DNA of 64,000 bases from Chloroflexota bacterium. GTDB taxonomy: Bacteria; Chloroflexota; UBA11872; VXOZ01. Both the position numbers and the translations under genes were made by a program. A model generated the notes under the pieces. That model was not told the origin of the DNA. It did no database searches and saw only the letters and a list, made by a program, of their open reading frames with translations. Shown one piece after another: positions 56,157 to 64,000 of the stretch (the stretch's first letter is position 1; each line of letters opens with the position of its first letter). Where the stretch lies: the NCBI GenBank assembly GCA_963663275.1, contig OY760183.1, positions 3,296,001 to 3,360,000 of the forward strand, read 5' to 3'.

Positions 56157-57338
56157 TCATTCGGCGGCCGCGGGCTCGTCTTCGTCAACCGCGCCGCCGA
56201 ACAATTCTCCAACCAGCGGCCGCACCCGCGACCAATCCGCCAGCAGCACGTGCGCGCCGCCCGCGGTCACGTAGTTGTACACCAGCGGCGGCTCGATCAC
56301 CAGCGCGTTCACCGGCGCGTCGCGCAGCCAATAGAGGTCGCGCAGCAAGTAGAGTTGCTCGCCCAGCGTGAGATCGGTCTCGATGACCTGGTTGAATTGC
56401 TCGTAGAGGAACGGCAGCCGCAAGAGCGTCTCGTCCGCAAAGAGCTTTGTCCGCGCCGAGAGCAGCAGGTTTTGCTGGCGTCCCATGCGCTTGAAGTCGT
56501 TGTCCGGGTGCCGCGTGCGCGCGTAGACCAGCGCCGTGCCGCCGTCCATGTGCTGCAACCCTTCGGGAATAACGATGCTGGTGTAGCCGTAATCCAACGT
56601 CGGATACTGATTGTCGACAAGGGTCTTGGCGACCGTGACGTCAACGCCGCCAAAGGCATCGACGAGCGCGGTGAAACCGGCAAAGTCAACCGCCGCCACG
56701 GCGTGAATGGGCACGTCGAAGACCGCTTCCACTGTCCGGCGCGCCAGTTCAGGCCCGTCGCCCTGGTAGACCTCGCCAAAGAAGTACGCCGCGTTGATGC
56801 GGTACCAGCCGTAGCCCGGAATGGTCACCCAGAGGTCGCGCGGAATGGAGAGGAGGGAGAGCGAGCGGCTCTTGCGCTCGATGCTGAGCAGCATGATTAC
56901 GTCGCTGCGCGACTGCTCCGTGGCCTGCCGCCGGTCGAGGCCGACCAGCAGGAGGGTAAACCGCTCGCCGGCGCGCAGGTCGGGGCCCGCTGCTTGCGCT
57001 TCCCCCTCACCCCGGCCCTCTCCCCAGGGAGAGGGAGTGGTTGCGGAGGCGGTTGCCGATGCGGCGCCACCGCGGCTCTCTCCCCAGGGAGAGGGAGTGA
57101 TTGCGGCTACGGTTGTGGGCGCGGTGTCGGCCCTGACGATGGCGCTGCTTTCCGCCCAGGCGATGGCGACGTTGAACGGCGTGAACGCGCCGCAAAGCGC
57201 CAGCAGGACGCAGAGCGCGCCCATCCGGAGCGCCGGAAGGGCGCAGAACGCACTCGGTCGGAGCGCTGGGAGGACGCAAAGCGCGCCCAAGCGGAGGGCC
57301 GGCGCACGGCGATACGGAGAGCGGGCCCGGACGTTCAC
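56157..57338 (-). CDS. LytR-CpsA-Psr (LCP) family glycopolymer transferase
   Basis: LLVGLD, RSDVIML, LSIPRDLWV, RINAAY, VYARTR and DFKRMGRQQ; GTG start overlaps the dnaE stop. Confidence 0.9.
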   Translation of the reverse strand: MNVRARSPYRRAPALRLGALCVLPALRPSAFCALPALRMGALCVLLALCGAFTPFNVAIAWAESSAIVRADTAPTTVAAITPSPWGESRGGAASATASATTPSPWGEGRGEGEAQAAGPDLRAGERFTLLLVGLDRRQATEQSRSDVIMLLSIERKSRSLSLLSIPRDLWVTIPGYGWYRINAAYFFGEVYQGDGPELARRTVEAVFDVPIHAVAAVDFAGFTALVDAFGGVDVTVAKTLVDNQYPTLDYGYTSIVIPEGLQHMDGGTALVYARTRHPDNDFKRMGRQQNLLLSARTKLFADETLLRLPFLYEQFNQVIETDLTLGEQLYLLRDLYWLRDAPVNALVIEPPLVYNYVTAGGAHVLLADWSRVRPLVGELFGGAVDEDEPAAAE

Positions 57339-60300
57339 GTGCCCGGCTTCCGCATGGGGGCCGTGCCCAGCAGACCCTCGATCTCGTCCTCCACTTCCGG
57401 CGTCAGCGCGATGCGATCGTGGGTGTCGATGCGCACCTGCGTGCCGTTGAGCACGATCCGCAATGCCACCCGCATCTCGCCGGGATTCCGGCTCATGACC
57501 GCGGCCAGTTGCTGCAGCCGCCGCAAGTCGCGCGCGTCGTCCTCCGTGCGTTGGAGCACCAGTTCCACCGCCGGGCCTGCCGGTTCCGCCGCCTCCGCGG
57601 CCGGCCGGTCTTCCCGTTCGCCGGCGCGCTCGCTTGCTCCGGACGGCGCCTGCGCGCGGGGAGCCGCCGTTTCAGCGGGCGCGGGCGCGGCGCCTGCGGT
57701 TTCCGGTTCAGCGCCTTCCGCCAAGCCAGCGTCATTGGCGGAGCCGGCAACCTTGACAGAGTCAGCGTCTTTGACACGGTCACCGTCTTCCACAGATTCA
57801 CCCGCCGCGGCGGGCGCTTCCGTAGAGGCGTCATTGCCGTCCAGCACCCAGTCGGGCAGGCCGTCTTCCCGCGCGGGCGGTGTGCCCGCCGCGCTGGCGG
57901 ACGTCGGCTCGGCGTTGTCCCACGCCGGTGGCGCCGCGCCAGTCTCTTCCTTGACCGGCGCCGCGGCGGCCGCATCATCCAAAGGCCGCACGTTTTCCGC
58001 CAGCACGCGCACCGCGTCGTCGCGGCTATCCGTTTCCACCCGCCCCCGCACCACGATGAACGTCCCGCCGGTCAGCAGCGCGGCGTACTCCGCGTACTGC
58101 TTGGGGAAGACCGTCACCCCAATCTGGCCGTGCTCGTCCTCCAGCGCCAGGACCGCCATGTACTCCTGCTTGCGCGTGAAGATCTTGCGCACGGACTCGA
58201 TCCGTCCCGCAACCGTGACCCGCCGTCCCTCTTTCTCCCGCGAAACCTCCGCCGTAGTGGTATTTGCCGCCGCCCGCAATTGCGCGCTATGCGCCTTGAA
58301 CGGGCTTTCCGAGAGGTAGTCGCCCAGCAGTTCCTTCTCCCAGAGACCCTTCTCTTCCGGTGTGGCCGGGGCCGTATCCGGCAGGGTGAAACTGGTCAGT
58401 TCAGCCGCCTGCTCCTCGCCCAGGAAGGTCTCGAAGAGTGTCGGGCCCTGGTTCTTGGCGCTCTGCGCCCGCTGTGTCGCCGCCAGCACGTCGTCCAAAC
58501 TCGCCAACAGCGCCGCCCGCTCGCCCATCGAGTCCAACGCGCCCACCTTGATCAAGCTTTCCAACGCGCGGCGGTTCACCACGCGCTGGTCGATGCGCAG
58601 GCAGAAGTCGTAGAAATCCTGATACGGCCCGTCCGCCCGCTGCGCGGCGATTGCCTCAGCCGCGGCCGCGCCCACATTTTTGACCGCGGCCAGGCCGAAG
58701 TAGACCGTGCCCTCTTTGATCGCGAAATTTGATTCGCTCTCGTTCACGTTCGGCGGCGCCACCCTCACTTCCAGACGGCCGCACTCGCGCACCGCCTCGA
58801 TGATCTTCTCCGCATTGCCAAGTTCGGTGCTCAGCACCGCCGTCATGTACTCGGTGGGGTAGTTTGCCTTCAGATAGGCGGTCTGGTAGGCGATGGTGCC
58901 GTAGCACGTGGCGTGCGCCTGATTGAAACCGTAGCGCGCAAACGGCTCGAAGTCGTCGAAGATCGCCTCCGCGAGATTCTTCTTCACGCCTTTTTCCACC
59001 GCGCCTTGCACGAAGCGCTCCCGGTGCTCCTGCAACTCGTGGGCGATCTTCTTGCGCACGGCGTAGCAGAGCTTGTCGGCCTCGGCCAGGGTGTAGCCGG
59101 CCACCGCCTGGGCCACGGCCATCACGTCCTCCTGGTAGACCATGATGCCGTAGGTGCGTTCCAGCACCGCCGTCATCAGCGGATGCCGCGCCGCCGCTTC
59201 CTCGCGCCCGTGCCGCCGCGCCACGTACTGCGGGATGTACGCCATCGGCCCCGGCCGGTAGAGCGCCACCAGCGCCATCACGTCCTCGATGCGGTCCGGC
59301 TGCAACTCCTTCACGTAGCGCCGCATCCCATCCGATTCCAACTGGAAGACGCCGGTGGTCTCGCCCGAGGAGAGCAGGGCAAAGGTCTTGCCGTCGTCCA
59401 CGGGAATCGTCTTCAGGTCGATGGTTTCGCCGCGCGTAGCCGCGATGAAGCGCACGGCCCGGTCCAGCACAGTGAGATTGCGCAGGCCGAGGAAGTCCAT
59501 CTTGAGCAAGCCGATCTTCTCGATGGCGTTCATCTCGAACTGGGTCATCACGCCGTCGTCGCCGACGTTGCGCTGCAAGGGCACGTACTCGGTGAGCGGC
59601 TCCCGCGAAATCACCACCCCGGCCGCGTGGGTCGAGGCGTGGCGCGCCACGCCTTCCAGTCCTTCGGCCAGACCCAGCAGGCGCTTCACCTGGGGGTCGT
59701 CCTCCATCAGATTCTTCAAGTCCGGCGCGGCCTCCAGCGCGTCCTTCACCGACGACATCAGGGGAATCAACTTAGCCACCCGATCCACCTCGCCGTAGGT
59801 CATGCCCAGCGCCCGGCCCACGTCGCGCACCGCCGCCCGCGCCTTCATAGTGCCAAAGGTGATGATCTGCGCCACGTGATCGGCGCCGTACTTCTCCGTC
59901 ACGTACTCGATGACCTCGTCCCGGCGCACGTCCATCAGGTCTACGTCGATGTCCGGCATGGTGTAGCGCGAGGGATTGAGAAAACGCTCGAAGATGAGGC
60001 CGTAGTGCAGGGGATCGATGTCGGTGATGCCGGCGGTGTAGCACACCAAACTGCCGGCCGCCGAACCCCGCACGGTGGTGGGTATGCCCTGCTCTTTGGC
60101 CCAGTTCACGAAGTCCGCCGCAATCAGCAGGTACGATGAAAAGCCCATCTCGCCGATTACGCCCAGTTCGTACTCCAGCCGCTCCCGCGCCGCGGCGTCC
60201 GGCTCTGCATAGAGCGTTTCCAAGCCCGCGGTGCAGAGTTCGTGCAGATAGGTGCTCTCGGTGTGCCCTGCCGGCACCTCGAAGTGGGGCAGGATGCGCT

Positions 60301-61138
60301 GGTCCAGCGCCAACTCCACGTTGCACGCATCCGCGATCTTCATGGTGTTCTCAAGGGCCTCGGGCAGGTCGGCGAACCGCCCCCACATCTCGTCGGCGCT
60401 GCGCAGGAAGAACTCCTCGGTCTCCATGCGCATGCGGTTCTCGTCTTCCACCTTGCTGTTGGTCTGGATGCACATCAGCACGTCGTGGGCCTCGGCGTCC
60501 TCCCGGCGGGTGTAGTGCCCGTCGTTGGTGGCGACCAAGGGCAGGTCGAGTTCCCGCGCCAGCGCGACGAGTTTTCTGGCGACCTCCTGCTCCCACTCCA
60601 TGCCGTGGTCTTGGATTTCGATGTAGAAGTTCTCCGCGCCGAACAGTTCCTTGTAGAATTGCGCCGTTTCCCGCGCCTTCTCCTCGTTGCCGTCTTGCAG
60701 CGCGCGCGGGATTTCGCCCGAGGGACAGCCGGAGAGGCAGATGAGGCCCTCGTGGTACTGCTCCAGCAGTTCCCGGTCCACCCGCGGCTTGTAGTAGAAG
60801 CCCTCCAACTGCGCCTGCGTGGCCAGCTTGACCAGGTTGCTATAGCCCCGGTTGTCCTTGGCCAGGAGCGTCAGGTGGTACTGCCGGTCGTCCAGCTTCG
60901 GCTCCTTGTCGAAGCGCGTGCGGGTCGCCACGTACACCTCGCAGCCCAGAATCGGCTTGATGCCCCGGCTGCGGGCTTCTTCATAGAATTCGATCGCGCC
61001 GTAGAGCACGCCGTGGTCGGTGAGGCCGATCGCCTCGAAACCGAGTTCTTGGGCACGCTCCATCAGTTCCGGCATACGGCTCATGCCGTCCAGCAGGCTG
61101 TAGTGCGAGTGCAGATGCAGGTGGGTAAATTGCTTCAT
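57335..61138 (-). CDS. dnaE: DNA polymerase III alpha subunit
   Basis: HLHLHSHYSLLDG (PHP domain), RGSAAGS, PDIDVD, LLKMDFLGL, YGFNQAH and an OB fold. Confidence 0.97.
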   Translation of the reverse strand: MKQFTHLHLHSHYSLLDGMSRMPELMERAQELGFEAIGLTDHGVLYGAIEFYEEARSRGIKPILGCEVYVATRTRFDKEPKLDDRQYHLTLLAKDNRGYSNLVKLATQAQLEGFYYKPRVDRELLEQYHEGLICLSGCPSGEIPRALQDGNEEKARETAQFYKELFGAENFYIEIQDHGMEWEQEVARKLVALARELDLPLVATNDGHYTRREDAEAHDVLMCIQTNSKVEDENRMRMETEEFFLRSADEMWGRFADLPEALENTMKIADACNVELALDQRILPHFEVPAGHTESTYLHELCTAGLETLYAEPDAAARERLEYELGVIGEMGFSSYLLIAADFVNWAKEQGIPTTVRGSAAGSLVCYTAGITDIDPLHYGLIFERFLNPSRYTMPDIDVDLMDVRRDEVIEYVTEKYGADHVAQIITFGTMKARAAVRDVGRALGMTYGEVDRVAKLIPLMSSVKDALEAAPDLKNLMEDDPQVKRLLGLAEGLEGVARHASTHAAGVVISREPLTEYVPLQRNVGDDGVMTQFEMNAIEKIGLLKMDFLGLRNLTVLDRAVRFIAATRGETIDLKTIPVDDGKTFALLSSGETTGVFQLESDGMRRYVKELQPDRIEDVMALVALYRPGPMAYIPQYVARRHGREEAAARHPLMTAVLERTYGIMVYQEDVMAVAQAVAGYTLAEADKLCYAVRKKIAHELQEHRERFVQGAVEKGVKKNLAEAIFDDFEPFARYGFNQAHATCYGTIAYQTAYLKANYPTEYMTAVLSTELGNAEKIIEAVRECGRLEVRVAPPNVNESESNFAIKEGTVYFGLAAVKNVGAAAAEAIAAQRADGPYQDFYDFCLRIDQRVVNRRALESLIKVGALDSMGERAALLASLDDVLAATQRAQSAKNQGPTLFETFLGEEQAAELTSFTLPDTAPATPEEKGLWEKELLGDYLSESPFKAHSAQLRAAANTTTAEVSREKEGRRVTVAGRIESVRKIFTRKQEYMAVLALEDEHGQIGVTVFPKQYAEYAALLTGGTFIVVRGRVETDSRDDAVRVLAENVRPLDDAAAAAPVKEETGAAPPAWDNAEPTSASAAGTPPAREDGLPDWVLDGNDASTEAPAAAGESVEDGDRVKDADSVKVAGSANDAGLAEGAEPETAGAAPAPAETAAPRAQAPSGASERAGEREDRPAAEAAEPAGPAVELVLQRTEDDARDLRRLQQLAAVMSRNPGEMRVALRIVLNGTQVRIDTHDRIALTPEVEDEIEGLLGTAPMRKPGT

Positions 61139-61337
61139 TGAAAGACGGCACTCCTAGAGAATTGCGCAGCGCAATGCGGGGGACTTAACACGATTAAGGA
61201 TACCTGGAACACGGCGAGAATGAAAGCGAAAACATGCCTTGAAGGGTGACTCATTTGAGACCCTCAGACCGCTGATTCCGCTTGCCGTCACGGTCTCACA
61301 CGGGTTGAGAAAAAACCAAGAATCAGGGCGCGGCGTT

Positions 61338-61503
61338 CCCTCTCCATCGAGGGAGAGGGCTAGGGTGAGGGTGATCCATTCCCTCTCCATTGAGGGAGAG
61401 GGCTAGGGTGAGGGTGATCCGTCCCCTCTCCATCGAGGGAGAGGGTTAGGGTGAGGGTGATCCATCCCCTCTCCATCGAGGGAGAGGGTTAGGGTGAGGG
61501 TGA
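61338..61503. repeat. Four tandem 43-bp units of the CCCTCTCC...GGGAGAGGGYTAGGGTGAGGG palindromic repeat
   Basis: Units start at 61338, 61381, 61424 and 61467; same family at ~4603, 10288, 19154, 19247, 22882, 29725, 46459, 50620, 50710 and 57001. Confidence 0.9.
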
Positions 61504-61649
61504 AAACGCAGCGTTCGGTCATTGCCATGACGCCAGCCGGCCCAGGCCGCCCCACTCCGGTAGCGCAGGTTTGCAACCTGCGCCCGCCGCCCGTCATTAA
61601 TGCACCGGCGGGAATCCATCATCGCTCCCACCCGGCGCACTCACCAAAC

Positions 61650-61682
61650 CAAAAAGCCCCGCTCCACCAGGAGCGGGACTTC
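61650..61682 (-). terminator. Intrinsic terminator after erpA
   Basis: CCCGCTCC-ACCA-GGAGCGGG stem followed by a T-run on the minus strand. Confidence 0.7.
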
Positions 61683-61708
61683 CCATTCCAATCCAATTCA
61701 AGATCACG

Positions 61709-62068
61709 TCACGTGCTGCACGGCCGCGCCTCGCCGGCGCTCTCCGCCGTATCGAACGACTGGCCGCAGGAGCACGACTCCGCCGCGTTGGGATTGAGGA
61801 TCGTAAACCCGCCGCCAATCAAGGCGTCGCTGAAGTCGATCTCCGAGCCGCTGAGGTACATCAGGCTGAACGGGTCCACGAACACCCGCACTCCCTCCTC
61901 CTCGATCACCTCGTCGCCGTCGTCCGCCCGCTCCTCCATCGACATCCCGTACTGAAACCCCGAACACCCCCCAGGCGACACAAACACCCGCAACCCCGCC
62001 TCAGGATTCCCCTGCTGCGTCAGCAAGTCCTTCAACTGCTCCACCGCCGTCGGCGTCACCGATAACAT
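61709..62068 (-). CDS. erpA: A-type Fe-S cluster carrier (ErpA/IscA/HesB)
   Basis: GGCSGFQY, YLSGSEIDF and NPNAAESCSCGQSF. Confidence 0.88.
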   Translation of the reverse strand: MLSVTPTAVEQLKDLLTQQGNPEAGLRVFVSPGGCSGFQYGMSMEERADDGDEVIEEEGVRVFVDPFSLMYLSGSEIDFSDALIGGGFTILNPNAAESCSCGQSFDTAESAGEARPCST

Positions 62069-62126
62069 AAATGAAAGTCCTACTAACTCAACACTACGGC
62101 CACCGCTCGCGCGTGCCACTACAGTA

Positions 62127-62155
62127 ATCGTACTAGCTCGAAGCCCAATAGTCAA
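62127..62155 (-). promoter_or_regulatory. Sigma70-type promoter of erpA
   Basis: Minus-strand TTGACT-17-TACGAT. Confidence 0.65.
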
Positions 62156-62318
62156 GCGGAGCAATGCTGTGAGTTCTACGTCATCAGACACTACACTTGT
62201 ATCGCCTCATCTCATACTAATCTCGGGCCCATTTAATGGGATTTGGACTGATATACTGAATCCTGGTGCATAAACAGCAAAGCAGTTGGCGGAGAGATAC
62301 CTGTAAAGGAGCACGGTC

Positions 62319-63779
62319 ATCGAAGAGACTAAGGCACTGCCTAATCCGAGAGAAGAATTACCTCTGAAGCTGCCTGAATCAGGCGTTTCGCCGACAGACC
62401 CTTGGAATGACGATGTGCTTGGGCGGCGGGATCTTGCGACAAGGCTGACAAAGCTGATCCAAAGTCAGACGGCTCCCTTTGTCATCAGCATTGATGGAAA
62501 CTGGGGCACAGGCAAGACCTTTCTCTTGCAGCGCTGGCAGTCAGAGTTGGAGAAAGAGGGCTTCAAGGCCATTTACTTTAACGCCTGGGAAGACGACTTT
62601 TGCGACGACCCCCTTCTCGCCATTCTTGGCCAACTGTCTGAATACTTCGAGGAAGGCGAACTCAAGAGGTTTGCCGGTCAAGTCGCTAATGTCGCAGGCC
62701 CTTTACTCAAACAGAATCTCCTGAGCGTCTTGCACAAGCACACTGGATTAGTGCTAGAAATCGAGAGCAAAGAGCAGCCTCAGAGAAATCTGCTACAAGA
62801 GTATCTTGACCAGAGAGCGACGAAGGACGAACTAAAGAATCACTTGCAGAAGCTGTCTAACGCAGTGGTGAATGAGACAGGCCACCCTCTGGTTTTCATC
62901 ATCGACGAACTCGATAGATGCCGTCCCACATTCGCCATCGAGCTTCTGGAAAGAGTAAAGCACATCTTTGATGTTCCCAATTTGGTGTTCGTATTTGGGG
63001 TCAACCGTGATGAGCTTTGTTCGGCACTACAGTCGATTTACGGTGACATTGACGCGGAAGTATATCTCCGAAGGTTTTTCGATTTGGAGTTCATGCTCCC
63101 GGAGACAAATCCGGCGGACTTCTGCAGAAATCTGCTCGATCGCTTTCAATTTGCTGAGTTCTTCTCTGAGTTAGGCAAGAATGCCGGTACCAATCTGCAC
63201 GACAACGAATTCAGAAACCTTTCTGAATGGATTCCGATCTTTTGGAGCGGATTCGGCATGTCTCTGCGCGACATGGACTATTGCGTGCGGACAATCGCTT
63301 TGGTTTGCCGGAGCCTCGAGCCAAGGCATTACATGTATTCTTACCTGCTAAGCGTCCTTATTCCTCTAAGGCTCACAAACCAGAGTCTGTATCGGCAATT
63401 CATCCAAGGCGATTGCCACGCCAGCGCAGTGATGGATTATTTGGACCGTACTGTCCAAATCACGAACTCTTCTGTTGGCTACGCTATGGACGTGGAACTC
63501 ATCATGGAAATCATAGAGGTTGAGTTGTATCGCGCTGAAAGCCAAAGAGACGAAGATCCCCAACACCGGGATGCCTTATTACAAATCAGGTTACTGTCTA
63601 GAGGCGAGGACATGACTCAGCCTAGTCTCGTTTCTGAAAAGACCCGAAGATCAGACAAGAATCGGATTGACAGTCTCCTTAGGCTGTATAGTCCTCAAGG
63701 AATGCAAGGCTATAGTGGGGACGCGGTTGACCACGTTGCAAGGATGATTGACCTCCATCAAACCGTGCTAAGAAAGTAG
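62319..63779 (+). CDS. KAP-family P-loop NTPase
   Basis: GNWGTGKT (Walker A), YFNAWE, FIIDELDRCRP, LERVKHIF and YLRRFFD; lower GC; first canonical start is GTG 62415 but the frame is open from 62307. Confidence 0.88.
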   Translation: MEETKALPNPREELPLKLPESGVSPTDPWNDDVLGRRDLATRLTKLIQSQTAPFVISIDGNWGTGKTFLLQRWQSELEKEGFKAIYFNAWEDDFCDDPLLAILGQLSEYFEEGELKRFAGQVANVAGPLLKQNLLSVLHKHTGLVLEIESKEQPQRNLLQEYLDQRATKDELKNHLQKLSNAVVNETGHPLVFIIDELDRCRPTFAIELLERVKHIFDVPNLVFVFGVNRDELCSALQSIYGDIDAEVYLRRFFDLEFMLPETNPADFCRNLLDRFQFAEFFSELGKNAGTNLHDNEFRNLSEWIPIFWSGFGMSLRDMDYCVRTIALVCRSLEPRHYMYSYLLSVLIPLRLTNQSLYRQFIQGDCHASAVMDYLDRTVQITNSSVGYAMDVELIMEIIEVELYRAESQRDEDPQHRDALLQIRLLSRGEDMTQPSLVSEKTRRSDKNRIDSLLRLYSPQGMQGYSGDAVDHVARMIDLHQTVLRK

Positions 63780-63836
63780 GCAGTTGAACCGAAGCGCTGA
63801 TTCGCTCTTGATCACCTACGCATAGGGCAAGACTCC

Positions 63837-63866
63837 TTGACGTTTGGACGCTGCATTGCGTAGCAT
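63837..63866 (+). promoter_or_regulatory. Promoter of the SRP RNA gene
   Basis: TTGACG-18-TAGCAT about 10 nt before the RNA 5' end. Confidence 0.6.
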
Positions 63867-63876
63867 TAACCCTGAG

Positions 63877-64000
63877 GCCGTGCTAGATGGGGAGTTAGCG
63901 GTGCCCTGTACCCGCAATCCGCTATAGCGGGGTTGACAGCTTTCCGTGAGGTTCGGGTTCTTTGGAGGCTGCCGCGTGGTTGCGGCGTTGATGGCTGGGT
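63877..64000 (+). ncRNA. ffs: Large bacterial SRP RNA (Alu-domain type), truncated by the window end
   Basis: GCCGTGCTAGATGGGGAGTTAGCGGTGCCCTGTACCCGCAATCCGCTATAGCGGGG closely resembles the 5' Alu domain of Bacillus-type scRNA. Confidence 0.9.

Noticed and set aside
53111-56200. Integrative element or prophage at tRNA-Gly
   Set aside because: No integrase and no repeat of the tRNA 3' end in the window
57570-57980. Intein in dnaE
   Set aside because: No C/S N-terminal block, HN-C/S/T junction or LAGLIDADG motifs; it is a low-complexity linker
61338-61503. CRISPR array or telomere-like repeat
   Set aside because: The 43-bp units have no spacers and are tandem copies of a dispersed REP; GGGTTAGGG is only part of the unit

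Overview
High-GC bacterial chromosome segment, probably Chloroflexota (inference from a T-box riboswitch, a large Alu-domain SRP RNA, a small SWIM protein and the style of the Tat-lipoprotein binding proteins). It holds about 55 genes. These include a Trp T-box-controlled trpEGDCF-(antitoxin-vapC)-trpS-trpBA operon followed by a pchB-like gene, sugar-acid catabolic genes, an ABC importer with an FAD oxidoreductase and ferredoxin (AsfAB-like), an iron/metal-chelate ABC operon with a His-less CbiX-ferredoxin fusion, smpB, hisC-hppA, tRNA-Gly, an ABC exporter, an LCP gene, dnaE, erpA, a KAP NTPase and the 5' part of SRP RNA. Intergenic DNA is dense with at least six families of REP-like palindromes and with transposase-less MITEs whose ends resemble IS4, IS5, IS481 and IS1595 elements. 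These MITEs insert into REP hairpins, carry other REPs as cargo and nest inside each other, and REP sequences are translated in frame in TrpC, TrpS and the LCP protein. The leading candidates for new biology are (1) a VapBC-type module translationally coupled inside a T-box-regulated trp operon next to trpS, (2) the REP/MITE nesting system with coding-sequence invasion, (3) the degenerate chelatase-ferredoxin fusion in an iron-uptake operon, and (4) an HTH-fused SelA/DgaE-like enzyme. All calls come from motif recognition by eye and no database searches were run.
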